Positions 27,493 through 39,780 of a DNA stretch of 64,000 bases are shown piece by piece (within the stretch, counting starts at the first letter, position 1; each line of letters begins with the position of its first letter). The notes beneath the pieces are model-generated. The model worked only from the letters and a program-made list of their open reading frames with translations, was not told where the DNA came from and ran no database searches. This DNA is from Selaginella moellendorffii (Eukaryota > Plantae > Lycopodiophyta): NCBI RefSeq assembly GCF_000143415.4, contig NW_003314261.1:5172360-5236359 (forward strand). Direction: 5' to 3'. The position numbers were made by a program, and so were the translations under genes.

Positions 27493-28451
27493 TGTTGAGA
27501 TCCACCCAGATCTCCTGGCAGGAATCACTTATATATTCCATACAAAGGAGGAAAAGAGAGAAATCGGAAGAGGGGAGAGAAGAAATTAGAACCCCAAAAA
27601 TATAATTTACCTTATGTACCGTGTTCTCATTTTATGAGGAATCCTTGCCATACCTTGTTCACCAAGTCTAAATTGTCCAAGCCAAAACCATCTAAGAAAG
27701 GCAATGAGAATGCTTCATAACATCACACCCCTCCCCAAAAAATGTCTATTGGTCCCTCAACAGTCGCAGAAACAAGTGGTTCCAACTAAAAGAGAGTGCA
27801 TAGCTGGTGGAATTGCTTCTGATCAACCCAGGTGTCAAGTAATGAATCATGTCCAGTGAATTTGGAAGTGAGGAATATAATTTTTGCAAAGAGTTATAAA
27901 GCCCACTGCTACCACTGCCTCTGGCTGAAGGAGTGTATGGTCACCCAATACCACCCAAGACTCTAGTATAGTAGCAGAAATGCTGGGAGTTGGTGATGGT
28001 CCCATATGAAGCTTCAGCTAGGAGACATGGAAGACATCATATAGCCGTGATGAGCTGGGAAGCTGCAACTGATAAGCAACCTCATTGACTTGAGCCATCA
28101 CTTCAAATGGTCCAAAGAACTTTGGATGCAGCTTCGAACAAGCTAAAGCCTAATGTCCCAAAGTATGCCTTTCTGGATGAAATTTGATGTAAACAAAGTC
28201 ACCCACCTTGAATGATCGAAATGACCTCAGTCAATTATCACCTTCATAGAATGATGGGCTGTGTCCAGTTGCTTATGGAGTAGGAGCTGAAAAGCTTCCA
28301 TCTCTTGAATATGCTGTAAAACATCCTGTTCACTTGAAGTTTCACCTAGGACTGGAAACTCCTGAATTTCTTTCCCATAAAGAGCTGTGAACGGAGCCAT
28401 ACTGATAGATGAGTGAAAAGTAGTGTTGTAAGCAAACTCTGCAAATGGTAA
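27493..28451 (-). mobile_element. Ty3/gypsy element A, 3' part (C-terminal integrase, PPT, 3' LTR), inverted
   Basis: 27493-27722 is the reverse complement of the LTR at 7770-8002, with PPT adjacent. The integrase begins LPFAEFAYNTTFHSSI, continuing from the break at 12014. Confidence 0.85.
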
Positions 28452-28515
28452 AAGGGGTGATCACTTGATTACAAGGCCCTTTCTTTATCTTATTATCTTG
28501 ATCTGGTGCCTAACA
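28452..28515 (-). mobile_element. Detached 5' half of the 5' LTR of element B
   Basis: Minus strand TGTTAGGCACCAGATCAAGAT...TGATCACCCCTT is the missing first half of the LTR whose second half begins at 12015. Confidence 0.85.
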
Positions 28516-28534
28516 TTTAGTGACCATTCTGTCC

Positions 28535-28654
28535 AACTAGATCCAGTCTGATGCTGATGAAGTTTCATTTATAGGTAGTACCTCCTGTAGAGTGCCTTGC
28601 AAAAAGATTTAACAACAAAACTTTAGAAAGCAAGTTTGCCATTGATTTTGCCAT
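28535..28654 (-). pseudogene. Truncated 5' fragment of the hydrophobic secreted-protein family
   Basis: Minus strand ATGGCAAAATCAA, intron remnant CTAAAGTTTTG, then QGTLQEVLPINETSSASD. Confidence 0.65.
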
Positions 28655-29757
28655 TTTCTTCGACTTTTTCATCTAATGTTGCTTAGTTATCAATCTGAGG
28701 CACAACATATGAACAAAGGAGCAAAGGGCTACAAGTTTACCCTTTATCTAATTAAATTTATACAATCTTTAAAGCCAGAAGCCATCCACATCGGCAGAGT
28801 GGCCTTTAAATCTATGAGACTGAATCTTTCAGCTCAGAGTTTCCGTGCGCGTGCTGGCATACCCTCAGGTTTCAAGGGATCTTCTCAACACAAACCGCTG
28901 TTCACCATCGGCATGAGGTGTTTTCTTTTGTTCAAAGAGGCGAAAAACATGCTGTTGGCGTTTGCTGCTGTTTCGGCTGGAGGGCCGGTCATAGATTCTG
29001 CGGGCATTGAGCTGTCGGTTTCGGGGTGGCAGGGTCAGTGCCGGGTCAGCAGCGGCGAGACTGATGAGTCTCTACGGTGGTGTTGTTCCTGCCGGAAGTG
29101 TTTGTGCCATTCTCCAGTCTCTCCAGGTGCGCATGGCTTTCTGCTACAGCCACTACCACAGCATCTTTTCTGGGTAGCGGCACTGTGCCACTTGCGTCAC
29201 CTGATCATGCCTAGTAGTATATTAGTCTGTTCAATAAATACTACTTGGTCGCAGCTTTCACCTTGAGTTCTGAATGGCTGTCCTAGTGAGCGAACTGATT
29301 CAAGTGAGAGTGTGCTAGGCGCGCGAGCTGCACCAAGCTCGATCGAGGTGCTGGGGATGGTATTCTTGCAATCGATCGTTTCTTGTGCCTTTGTTCTTAC
29401 TCCTAAGCTCTGGCCTTCTTGGTGATGTTGCCATCAAGTCAAAGGCACATGCCAAGTCCATGACCCCGAGAGGAATCTTAGCTTTAGTGTGAAATGGACA
29501 ATGACTTTGTTGCAATGCATGTCCAGCTGAGGATGCCATTTTGGATACAACAGGATTTTCATAGCCGTTTTAATTAGAGAAACGATCAAGCACAATCTAG
29601 ATTCTGTTCTCCAAACTCCAAAATCCGCAAAGGGTTTCTGTCCAAGGACGAATCTCGTGCATTGAGAATGCGGGGGATGGGGGCGATCTGACATCATGTT
29701 TAAAATTAGTAGAGTTTTATTTTATTGTTTATTTTAATCTTTATCAGCTATTACAGG

Positions 29758-30372
29758 TTAATAGAGTAATGCAAGCACGGACTTAAGGATATTGACCAGT
29801 GCACTCAGCACAAGGAAAATGCAACTGTTTGGAGTAACAAGGATAATCACACTCTGCAGAAGCTTGATAGTTGTTGTGAGGCTCAAGATAACAGTTAGAT
29901 CAACTTTGATGAACTTGATTGGAGTCCACACAGGAATGGCATTGCCCAGATACTTGCAGATGATGCCAATGATAATTGGGCAAGGGAAGCCACCAGGGAT
30001 GTAGATCACAATGATCTCAAGGATGATAATCACGGGATAAAGGATGACACATAGGAAAGGAACTTTGAGGACGAGGTCCTTTAGACTGGCTATAACTTGA
30101 GTGACTATGCGAAGTACTTTGTCAACTACATCCAGTGGGACACCAATGTCTGATGAAGTTCCATTTGTAGGAAGTACCTCCTTTAGAGATCTCATAGTGC
30201 CTTGCAAACAAATTTACATGGACAAAGAGTCAAACAAAACTTTAGACCAAGTTATATATACTATACCAGAGAGGTCTCCACTAACATCACTGTCTAATGC
30301 TGAAACATGAACAACACTCGCAAGGAGGAGGCAAGCAAGTGGGTGAACAAATGCTATGCTTGATTTTGCCAT
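29758..30372 (-). CDS. Small secreted Ile/Val/Leu-rich protein, copy 3 (182 aa; exons 30372-30267, 30200-29758)
   Basis: Intact spliced ORF nearly identical to copy 1 in the hydrophobic part, with the same promoter block upstream. Confidence 0.85.
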
Positions 30373-33300
30373 TTTCTTCAATTTAATTTTCTAATGTTGC
30401 TTGGATAGTGTGAGTTATTAAGCTGAGGGGCATCCATGCCTTTAAATACTCGATGAATCGCACCAAACTTTTAAGCCACCTGTAAAGCAAATCAGGACTT
30501 TTGTGGCCAGTATATCTTGAATATTTCATTTTATCTCATGTAATCTCAATTTGTGCGTCACACTTAAAAATGAACCTTCCTGGGAAAGTAACTTCTTTCA
30601 ATGAGTCTTTGTAGAGTCAAATGAGTGTTGCTCCTCATGACAACATGAGAGTGGAGAAATCATTGCTTGTCCCTAGCCTCTTCAGCAATCTTCATGAGAA
30701 CCACTGCTAGGAAGCTCACCCAGGGCTGTCCACAAGTAGGGCAATGAACACAAATCTGCTGGTCTTAACAGATCTTTATCATGATGTACTCTTTGAATGT
30801 TTATAGATGCCATTGTACTGCAACCTCCACTCCACACGCTCCAAGTCTGTTAGTCAAGTATCTTCCCAAAACACACTCTTATTCCACTCCCNNNNNNNNN
30901 NNNNNNNNNNNNNNNNNNNNNNNNNNNNNNNNNNNNNNNNNNNNNNNNNNNNNNNNNNNNNNNNNNNNNNNNNNNNNNNNNNNNNNNNNNNNNNNNNNNN
31001 NNNNNNNNNNNNNNNNNNNNNNNNNNNNNNNNNNNNNNNNNNNNNNNNNNNNNNNNNNNNNNNNNNNNNNNNNNNNNNNNNNNNNNNNNNNNNNNNNNNN
31101 NNNNNNNNNNNNNNNNNNNNNNNNNNNNNNNNNNNNNNNNNNNNNNNNNNNNNNNNNNNNNNNNNNNNNNNNNNNNNNNNNNNNNNNNNNNNNNNNNNNN
31201 NNNNNNNNNNNNNNNNNNNNNNNNNNNNNNNNNNNNNNNNNNNNNNNNNNNNNNNNNNNNNNNNNNNNNNNNNNNNNNNNNNNNNNNNNNNNNNNNNNNN
31301 NNNNNNNNNNNNNNNNNNNNNNNNNNNNNNNNNNNNNNNNNNNNNNNNNNNNNNNNNNNNNNNNNNNNNNNNNNNNNNNNNNNNNNNNNNNNNNNNNNNN
31401 NNNNNNNNNNNNNNNNNNNNNNNNNNNNNNNNNNNNNNNNNNNNNNNNNNNNNNNNNNNNNNNNNNNNNNNNNNNNNNNNNNNNNNNNNNNNNNNNNNNN
31501 NNNNNNNNNNNNNNNNNNNNNNNNNNNNNNNNNNNNNNNNNNNNNNNNNNNNNNNNNNNNNNNNNNNNNNNNNNNNNNNNNNNNNNNNNNNNNNNNNNNN
31601 NNNNNNNNNTTTGTTGGGAGTTCCACTCCCACTCTAAACTGTTTAAGTCAGAGCTTTTAGTCTTAATGTGTTACTCTTGTTTGGCTTTTGCTTCGGCCAC
31701 TACCACATGGCACCCTTTTGGCTCTACTTTTGGGGCTTTGGGATTTGTGTCTCACAACTCTACCACCCATAGATGAAGTTCAATGTCCTTATCGAATGAT
31801 AAACCATTTTATAAAGTAACACCACCATAGATTACCATTTTTCATCCTTAGCACTCAGTCAATATTCGTTAATGGTTTGACACCGAAGGCTCACTATCCC
31901 TTACCCATCTTCTAAGGAGTATAGTCTTTCTAATTTAGAGACTTATTAGACCACTTGTAGTGGTTCTTTTCCTTTATTTAATTTATTTTTTGCTAAACCC
32001 ATTAGAGACATCTTTTCTATCTCAATTTCACTATTCCTTTCTAAGTAGTCTTAACTTTTATCAACATAGCCACTACACTTTGGAACTTTTATTTTGACTT
32101 TTCAAATTAGCTTTTTGGGTGTCTTCGACACCTTGCATTGCACATTTGGTGCAAACTCTATTTTCCTATCCTAAGAAGGTTTTTACTTGAGGGCACCCTT
32201 ATTCTCTCTTTTATTTCATACCACACTTGGCATTAAATTCCATGTATCCATAACTTGTATCAGGGCTGTCTATAACCTTATCATTTGGCTACTTTACTGC
32301 TCTTTCCTTTAGAGCTTTCACTTTGCTAAATTGGAGTATTTAAGAATCCAATCTTTGGAAATATATTTTTATTTTCCACAATTTGTTATCACCAAACATA
32401 TGAGTGGTCCTTGCCTAATTTTCCATTTGTATTTCTTCCAAGGATTTCCATGGCCCATTCTTGGCCTGTAGTCTTTTGTTTCTATTCTTTGATTGTTGCA
32501 CCAAGAAATATAGAATCACTACTTCCATTCTTAAGGTATCTTTTCAGTTTTATAGTAAAGGCTTTGTTTTGCTAAATCCAAAGGGTATTCACCTTTAGTA
32601 GATTTCTTTAACATTTTCTGTTATGGGCTCTATACACGGCCTAACCTAGTGACCCACCTATGAGTCCTTTTCTTAGACTCATAATACCACTACATTATCG
32701 CAGTTCATTTCCCTTAAGTGTTTTTCTCATTTGGTCACTATGACTAAGCCACACTATTACCAATATTTCAAATTAACACTTTAAACTAAGAACTTTATTC
32801 CTTAACCTCATAAAGGGTTTGTCTTTGTTTTAGCCATAAGGTCACCTAATGATTTAACCTTGACACCTTAATAGGTTTGCCAATAGGTACCAAGTCTTTT
32901 AGGTCTTTATTTTATTGACCATGACCTTAGGGGCATCCCCTATACTTGGCAATGCGCCCAAGCTAGCCCTTTTAGCCAAAGGTTTATAACAATTAAGACT
33001 GGGTGTCCCCATCTCATTCACCACATCTTTAGTGCCATTTGCACCAAAGTATTCATGTTAGGTATGCTGAGCTTTCACATTAAGCAATCTAACTGTGTAT
33101 CATGACTTTGGGGCATCCATTGCTTTGCAGTGTGCCCAAGCTAGTCTCTTCACTGAGAGTCTATGACCATTGAAAAATGAGTGTTTTCATATTCCAAACC
33201 ATCACCACACCCTAGTGAGTTGGGACTCGAACCCAAGCATTGAGGGTTGGGACTTGAACCCAACCTCCCTATATGCATCTATGAACAATGTCACCTAGGA

Positions 33301-34659
33301 TGCTTGGCATGACTCCCCATATTAGTGCACCAACTTATACTTAAAGCATATTACGGATCACAATTTAGGAACCTAGTTCCTCTAAACCACTAAGTCCTTT
33401 CACTTGATAAATCTATGATCATGAATGGACTCCTTCATGTTTAGCCCTATAGGCCACCCTTTTTTGAAGTCAACACCTTCAATTAGGGTTTTTGTTCGCC
33501 CCCCCCCCCCCCCCCCCGACTTGCCAATCTCGCTTAGTAAGTCACTTGACTAGCATAACCCAGTTTCATGTATAAGTGTGAAAGTCCTTAACCATCGACT
33601 TTCGTTTAAAGCTATATCTTTGAACACTCAAGGATTATTTCCCTAACCTTGATAGCTTTGCCTCATGGCAAACTTCAAGACTATGCTTCTGCGGCACTAC
33701 TTGGATTTTGTGCATTCTATAAACCATTTACATTTGTCTTTCTAGGTACTAATCTACTTAAAATTATCTTTGAGAACCTTGAAGGGACTCTGTCCCTTGG
33801 CTCTTTTACAAGTTTTCTAATTGCCATATAGTCTAATATGGATAATTTTATATTTTAAACTCTTCATGGCATCATGGTTGTTAATAGCAACATGTTCGAG
33901 CACCTACTTAATTCTCCACTCCCAACTTATAGAATCACCTTTAATTATGCCCTTTGATTCCTATGGTTTGGTTTTATCTCTTTACTATTTGCTTTTTGGT
34001 TTTATGCCTTCCCTTTAGTTGTTCTCTTTTTGTCTAAGAGGGTAGTTTTGCACTTTTTACTATGCTTTAGTAAGTATTTTTAAGGATGAACTTACTCAAT
34101 AACTTAGGGAGTGGTTTTTCAATTTGAATATGCTTACCATGTAATCCCACACACTGGGATTAATGTCACTACGCATTGTCCTCTCTATGCCTATTATTAG
34201 CCATTGCAAAATCCCTTTTTGGATTTGTCTAATTCAGATAAACAAACTTCTCCCGTTTCCACAACTTTAGATGTTGGATAGCACATGCTATCTATTATTC
34301 ACTAGGGACTTAGTCCTTTGGGCTTTATCTAATGCCCTCATGATCCTAAACACCACTACCTAGTGTTTTAGAGTGTTTTGGGGTCTTAATAATGACCTTC
34401 TTTGACAATGAGCATTTTCCTTTACGACATTGACTTAATATATCTTAACATAAGCAATTTATCCTCCAGAGGGGTATATTTAACCTTTTTATCCCAATAC
34501 GAAATCTTGGGTAGTTAACTCCTACCAATCCAATCAATTATATTACACCTTTTGCTTAGTTGCCTCATAGTTGTCAAGTCTTACAACTCATTATTACTGC
34601 TTCCACACTTTCATCATTATTTGGGTCACCACACTCTAATTGCATGCTTTTTAGTTTAG

Positions 34660-35542
34660 TGTAAGCAACCAAAGGGAACGACTATAGAGACGGTCCATAA
34701 GGTTCAAGTACAGAGGGAAAGGGTCTATGAATAAGAGTGCACCCCTTTTTCTAATTGGTTAAGGGTCTTGGGATATTTGGGGTTAAGCGTTTTTGGGTTT
34801 GAATAGTACTGGGTTGGGTGACCTCCAAGGAAGTCCAAACTCAAAAGCTTACATTTGGTATCAGAAAGGTCTCAGGTCCAACTCTGTTGGTTGGCTAGGG
34901 GAATCTCACCACATGTAAACAACCAAAGGGAATGACTTGAGGAAAGGTCTCAGGTCCAACTCTATTGGTTGGCTAGGGGAATCTCACCATATGTAAACAA
35001 CCAAAGGAAACAACTTGAGAAACAGTCCATGGGGTTTAAATATGAGGGAAAAGGCTCATAAATAAGAGTGTACCCCCTTTTCCAATTGGTTAAGGGTTTT
35101 GGGATATTTGGGGTTAAGCATTTTTGGGTTTGAATAGTTAAATATAGAGGGAAAGGGCCTATAAATAAGAGTGCATCCCCTTTTTCAATTGGTTAAGGGT
35201 TTTGGGATCTTTGGGGTTAAGCATTCTTGGGTTTGAATAGTACTGGGCTGGGTGACCTCCCAGAAAGTTCAAACTCATGAACTTACATTTGGTATCAGAA
35301 AGGTCTCGGGTCCAACTCTATTGGTTGGCTAGGGGAATCTCACCACATATAAGCAACTAAAGGGAACGATTTGAGAGACAGTCTATAGGGTTCAAGTATA
35401 AAGGGAAAGGGCCCATGAATAAGAGTGCACCCCCTTTTCCAATTAGTTAAGGGTTTTAGAATATTTGGGGTTAAACATCCTTAGGTTTGAATAGTATTGA
35501 GCTATGTGACCTCCTGGGAAGTCTAAACTCAGGAGCTTTACA
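34660..35542 (+). mobile_element. Tandem array of Cassandra-like TRIMs (5S rRNA-derived promoter in each LTR)
   Basis: About 195-bp LTRs (34660-34853, about 34992-35288, 35348-35542) containing GTTAAGCG..TGGG..GAATAGTACTGGG.TGGGTGACCTCC..GGAAGTCC. PBS TGGTATCAGA and about 60-bp interiors; one TTTAG TSD flanks the whole array. Confidence 0.9.
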
Positions 35543-35794
35543 TTTAGGCTATACCATTCTTATTTCCATTGGGATTCCTTTGGCGAGGGGTTCTCATGAA
35601 CCCGCTAACTTGACTTTAAGGCATCACACTTTGGCACATTTAGTATTTCCATACCATTTAATCCATAAATTTACCTTTACGACACTTCTCACTTATGTCT
35701 AAGTCTTTGCCAAGACCAACACAGTCGTTTCTCATGCCAACTATTAGTTAGTGCTACACCATAGTGTTCACACACAACTCTAAGCCAAAGTTGC

Positions 35795-36048
35795 TATAAG
35801 CAACCAAAAGTAACAACTTCAGAGACGGTCCATGGGGTTCAAATATAGAGAGAAAGGGCCCATAAATAAGAATGCACCCCTTTTCCAATTGGTTAAGAGG
35901 CTTGGGATATTTGGGGTTAAGTGTCCTTGGGTTAGAATAGTACTGGGCTGGGTGACCTCCTGGGAAGTCCAAACTCAGGAGATTACATTTGGTATCAGAG
36001 TGGGTATTGGGTCCGACTCTATTGGTTGGCTAGGGGAATCACACCACA
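35795..36048 (+). mobile_element. Cassandra-like LTR plus PBS and interior, truncated
   Basis: Same LTR with the 5S segment at about 35915-35970, then TGGTATCAGAG. Confidence 0.85.
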
Positions 36049-36059
36049 TGTTGATTGAC

Positions 36060-37401
36060 ATCTGGCTGGTCCAGTTTGCTCCCGCTGGGCTTGACTCCAT
36101 TTGCTCTCTTTAGCATACAACTAGTGTTCCCTTAGTTTCTCAAACATCTTCATCAAGTGTTTCGCATGCTCCTCTAGTGTTTCGCTATAGATCAGGATGT
36201 CGTCAATATAGACGACCACAAAGTGATCCAGATACGTTCGACAGGTTGTCTTCTCGACATCTTCCTCTACTACTTTGATCTGGTAGTATCCTTACCTCAT
36301 GTCAATCCTCGAAAAGTATTTTGCCTTTCCCAACCTATCGAACAGGTCCTCAATTCTTGGCAAAGGGTACTTGTTCTTCTTTGTATACTTGTTGAGCAAC
36401 TCGTAGACGACCACAAAGTGATCCAGATACGTTCGATAGGTTGTCTTCTCGACATCTTCTTCTACTACTTTGATCTGGTAGTATCCTAACCTCATGTCAA
36501 TCCTCGAGAAGTATTTTGCCTTTCCCAACCTATCGAACAAGTCCTCAATTCTTGGCAAAGGGTACTTGTTCTTCTTTGTATACTTGTTGAGCAACTTGTA
36601 GTCTATGCATATGCGCATAGATCCATCTTTCTTTTTCACAAATAACACTGGCACCACATACGGCGACTTGCTCAACCTGACATACCTTTTTTCCACCAAC
36701 TCCTCTAGTTGGCACTTGAGCTCCTTGAGTTCTTTTTCGTTCAAACGATAGGGGGGATGAACCACCGCCTCAGCACCCTCGACCAGCTCAATCTTATGTT
36801 CTATCGGTCGTGCGGGGGGTAGCCTTGCTGGTAGCTCCTCTGGCATGGTATCCTGGAATTGGTCCAACACCCGCTGGATCACTAAAGGTACTTCTTCTGT
36901 TCTTGACTTTTTGTGACTCTTCACCAAGAGTAAGCACAAAAATGCTGCCTTAGTTTCTTTAGTGAGTTATCCTCTTGTGTACACCAGGTTTAAGCATGAA
37001 TCTTTGGCCTTGCTTTGCCCTACCTTTAGATCCTGGGCCTCCACCCTAGATCTTCTTTTTTGGGCATTCGCCAGTACCACAAGGTTTCTACCTTGTCCAT
37101 GCAGGGCTACCACGAACCAATTGAACCAATCCATTCTGAAGATCACGTGAAATCTCGCCATGTCCAACACGGTGAAATCCATGTCCACTTTCCATGTCCC
37201 TACTTCGACTCTCACTTGTCGAAGTACCTCATCGGTGCTTTGGCTACCTTGAACAAACTCTATAGTCCTTGGTTCACCCAGCCGCTGCACCGTTAGTCCG
37301 GCTTGCCGGACTATATCTGCAACCACAAAATTATTCGAAACACCCGTGTCAATAAGGATCTTAACAAAGCTACCTCCGAGCTTCCCTCGGAGGGCTAGTA
37401 G
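36060..37401 (-). mobile_element. Ty3/gypsy protease-RT fragment
   Basis: [50 protein letters not shown]; about 190-bp internal tandem duplication. Confidence 0.85.
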
Positions 37402-38529
37402 NNNNNNNNNNNNNNNNNNNNNNNNNNNNNNNNNNNNNNNNNNNNNNNNNNNNNNNNNNNNNNNNNNNNNNNNNNNNNNNNNNNNNNNNNNNNNNNNNNN
37501 NNNNNNNNNNNNNNNNNNNNNNNNNNNNNNNNNNNNNNNNNNNNNNNNNNNNNNNNNNNNNNNNNNNNNNNNNNNNNNNNNNNNNNNNNNNNNNNNNNNN
37601 NNNNNNNNNNNNNNNNNNNNNNNNNNNNNNNNNNNNNNNNNNNNNNNNNNNNNNNNNNNNNNNNNNNNNNNNNNNNNNNNNNNNNNNNNNNNNNNNNNNN
37701 NNNNNNNNNNNNNNNNNNNNNNNNNNNNNNNNNNNNNNNNNNNNNNNNNNNNNNNNNNNNNNNNNNNNNNNNNNNNNNNNNNNNNNNNNNNNNNNNNNNN
37801 NNNNNNNNNNNNNNNNNNNNNNNNNNNNNNNNNNNNNNNAAGGGGGGGGCCCAAGGGCCCCCAGGGTTCCCAAGGGGGGCCCCCCCCCCCTGGACCGGGG
37901 AGCCCCTTTGTGGTTTTTTTTTTGGGGGGGGGGGGGGTTTTTGGGCCCTTCCCCGGGGGGGCCCCCCGGGCCCCCCCAAAGCCCTGGTTTTTTCCCCCCA
38001 AAGGCCTTTGGGCCCCATTTTAACCCCAAAGTCGTTTGGGAACCCCCTTTGGGGGGTTCCTTAAAGAGGGGTTCTAAGCCCCCCCTTCCCCTATTAATTT
38101 TTGGGAAATAAGGGGGGCCCCCCCCCCCCCCCCCCCCCCTGGGAAACGCATGCTTTGGGCTTTCATCCCTTGACCCATATTAGTATTCGGAATCGGTCTC
38201 GGACTTGATCTCGGACCCAACTTCGGACTCGATCTCGGACCCGATCTCGGACTCGATCTTGGACCCGATCTCGGACTCGACTTTAGGCTCGACTTCGGAC
38301 TCAGTCTCGGACCCGATTTGTGTCTCGGACTCTGTCTTGAACTCGGTCTCGAACTCGGTCTCCGATTCGGCCTCGGGCTCGATCCTAGACTCTATCTCGA
38401 ACTCGGTCTCAGAGTCGGTCTTGGACTCGATGTTCGACTCAGTCCCATTTGATGAACTCTTTGTCATTTCAGTCATGCTTTTGGGGATCCTTTAGCCTAC
38501 GACATCTCGGGGAGTCAGTTCCTTACATA

Positions 38530-39780
38530 GCGTTCCTCTCGAAGAAGTTGGACAAGGCTCAACGGAAGTGGCCTGCCCATGAGAAGGAATTGTTTGTGGT
38601 GGTCAAGGTGCTCAAGGAGTGGTGACACTATCTTGGGAGACACTTCAAAGTTTACACGGACAATGTGGTAACGAAACACTTCTTGTCACAGCCTAACCTG
38701 AGGGGAAAACAAGGTTGGTGGCCCAATGCTTTGGTTGAGTTTGATTGCGAGATTCTCTACAAGCCTGGGAAGAGCAACATCGTGGCAGATGCGCTAAGTC
38801 GAAAAGCGAGCTTGAAGTTGGCGATATCCAGCGCGACAGCAACCTTTTGGGATGATGTGCAGACCACATATGAGAACGATGGTCTAGCACAAGAAGTGTT
38901 GCTGAGGAATCTAGAGGCACGGGAAGCTCACTAGAGAGGTGAGCTGCCAACGAAAGAGAAAACAGGCTATGCAGAACGCAACAGACTCATCTATTACAAG
39001 CAAATGAGGGTGTATGTTCCAGAAGGGGAACTAAGGAAGGTAGCCTTAGAAGAGTGTCATGATGGACCTCTTGCGGGACATGGCGGAGTGCCCAAGATGA
39101 TGGGCTTACTCAAGAGGAAGTACCATTGGCTAGATATGGCTAAGGACATCCAAGACTATGTAAAGACATATCCAACATGTTAGCAGGTCAAAGCCGTAAC
39201 TAAGGCTAGTGGGGGCTTGTTGCAAAGCATCCCAATTCCAAATTGTCTGTGGAAATGTCTTACGATGGACTTCATCACGGGACTCCCCCCAAGTAAGGGG
39301 TTTGATGTGATATTTGTGATAGTGGACCAATTTTCGAAGATGGCACATTTCATACCCACCACAACGGAAGTGGATGCAAAAGGTGTGGCGAAGCTGTTCT
39401 TCGAACAAGTGGTTCGAGTGCGGGGAAGGCCAGAAGAGATTATCTCAGATCGAGATAAGATCTTCACCAGTAGGTTCTGGAGAACTTTCCTGGAACAGTA
39501 TTGCACCAAGTTGAAATTCAGCACAGCCTATCACCCACAGACAGGTATTGGGTATTAAGTCAAGTTTGATGGCACTAACACTTCTTGACAGACGGACAAA
39601 CGGAAAGGGTGAATAGGCAACTGGAGGATTATTTGAGATGCTATGTTTCGGGAGACCAGACCGATTGGGTAAGTCATTTGGGACTTGCGGAAATGTGTTA
39701 TAACAACTCACCACATTCAAGCATCGGGGTGAGTCCATGGGAAGTCATCAATGGGCGAGCTATTGAAGGCCTTGTGGCTC
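38530..39780 (+). mobile_element. Ty3/gypsy RNase H-integrase fragment flanked by inverted hexamer-repeat segments
   Basis: YKPGKSNIVADALSRK, MDFITGLP, IISDRDKIFTSRFW, FSTAYHPQT/DGQTERVN. Confidence 0.85.
39545..39591 (+). other. 47-bp GT-AG intron-like insertion in integrase
   Basis: GTATTG...CACTAAC...TTGACAG; removing it restores HPQTDGQTER in frame. Confidence 0.75.

Noticed and set aside
28676-29697. 196-aa and neighbouring ORFs as genes
   Set aside because: No recognisable domain or consistent splice structure.
30781-31776. Long ORFs spanning N runs (also 36967-38029)
   Set aside because: Artefacts of assembly gaps.
34780-34840. 5S rRNA gene
   Set aside because: Only the internal promoter portion is present, embedded in TG...CA LTRs; 5S 5' and 3' ends and a terminator are absent.
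37840-38140. G/C homopolymer-rich stretch as a G-quadruplex or Gly/Pro-rich protein
   Set aside because: It abuts a gap and looks like a low-quality read-end version of the reverse complement of 40160-40450.
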